NCBI GenBank assembly: GCA_964406575.1 | Contig: CAYOSH010000004.1 | Coordinates: 68,189 to 132,188, forward strand | Length of the DNA: 64,000 nt | Source: an uncultured Eubacteriales bacterium | Lineage (GTDB): Bacteria > Acidobacteriota > Aminicenantia > Aminicenantales > Aminicenantaceae | Reading direction: 5' to 3' | Shown here: positions 63,895 through 64,000 of the stretch, in pieces | How the letters are laid out: each line of letters opens with the position of its first letter | How positions within the stretch are numbered: the first letter of the stretch is position 1 | Position numbers and translations under genes: made by a program | The notes under the pieces: generated by a model | Database searches by the model: none | What the model saw: only the letters and a program-made list of their open reading frames with translations | Told to the model about the DNA's origin: nothing

Positions 63895-64000
63895 TTGTTT
63901 TCCTCTAAATTAGTCTATAGATGTCTAAACTCTTTTCTGATCTTCTCTTTATATATTGTACGTTATTTTGGCGATTTTTATTCGCTATACCCTGCAGCTT

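Overview
The window is a gene-dense chromosomal segment from a heterotrophic bacterium; I cannot assign it to a taxon. I found no integrase, transposase, CRISPR array, phage genes or rRNA. I found about 55 protein-coding genes, one tRNA-Pro(GGG) and one VapBC toxin-antitoxin pair.

The middle of the window (about 16.9-50.4 kb) is a locus for degrading host or complex glycans and amino sugars. It encodes:
- a GH2 beta-galactosidase with an HGSNAT-like membrane acetyltransferase
- a GH113-like hydrolase
- a sialate O-acetylesterase
- a GH20 beta-hexosaminidase with a TAT-exported aldo/keto reductase
- a GH36-like hydrolase
- a GH88/105-like hydrolase
- a CE4 deacetylase
- two sodium:solute symporters, each followed by tiny membrane peptides
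- NagA and NagB
- two tandem phosphohexomutase paralogs

The flanks carry housekeeping and accessory genes. These include RarA (partial), MerR, YyaL, SurE, a PflX-like radical SAM protein, a GT4 plus GT2-like pair, a PAS-GGDEF cyclase, an M48 protease, a PAS-HisKA_2 kinase, PhzF, AphA, a UshA-like nucleotidase, an M28 peptidase, and DUF2207/DUF2784 membrane proteins.

The most unusual signals I could support directly from the sequence are:
1. Three full-length or near full-length paralogs of classic enzymes have lost their catalytic residues: a PurF-like protein with no nucleophile Cys and no PRTase domain, an upstream phosphohexomutase with no phospho-Ser and no Mg loop, and an HMG-CoA-reductase-fold protein with no catalytic Glu or His but an inserted Cys-rich segment.
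2. A previously unannotated family of short intergenic repeats. It includes a hairpin element, GGTCAGTTC-GGG-GAACTGACC, with a compensatory base change between copies, and a second type of about 60 nt with four copies.
3. Symporter operons with one to three very small translationally coupled hydrophobic peptides.

All functional calls are from motif and sequence recollection without database searches. Coordinates of starts are approximate.
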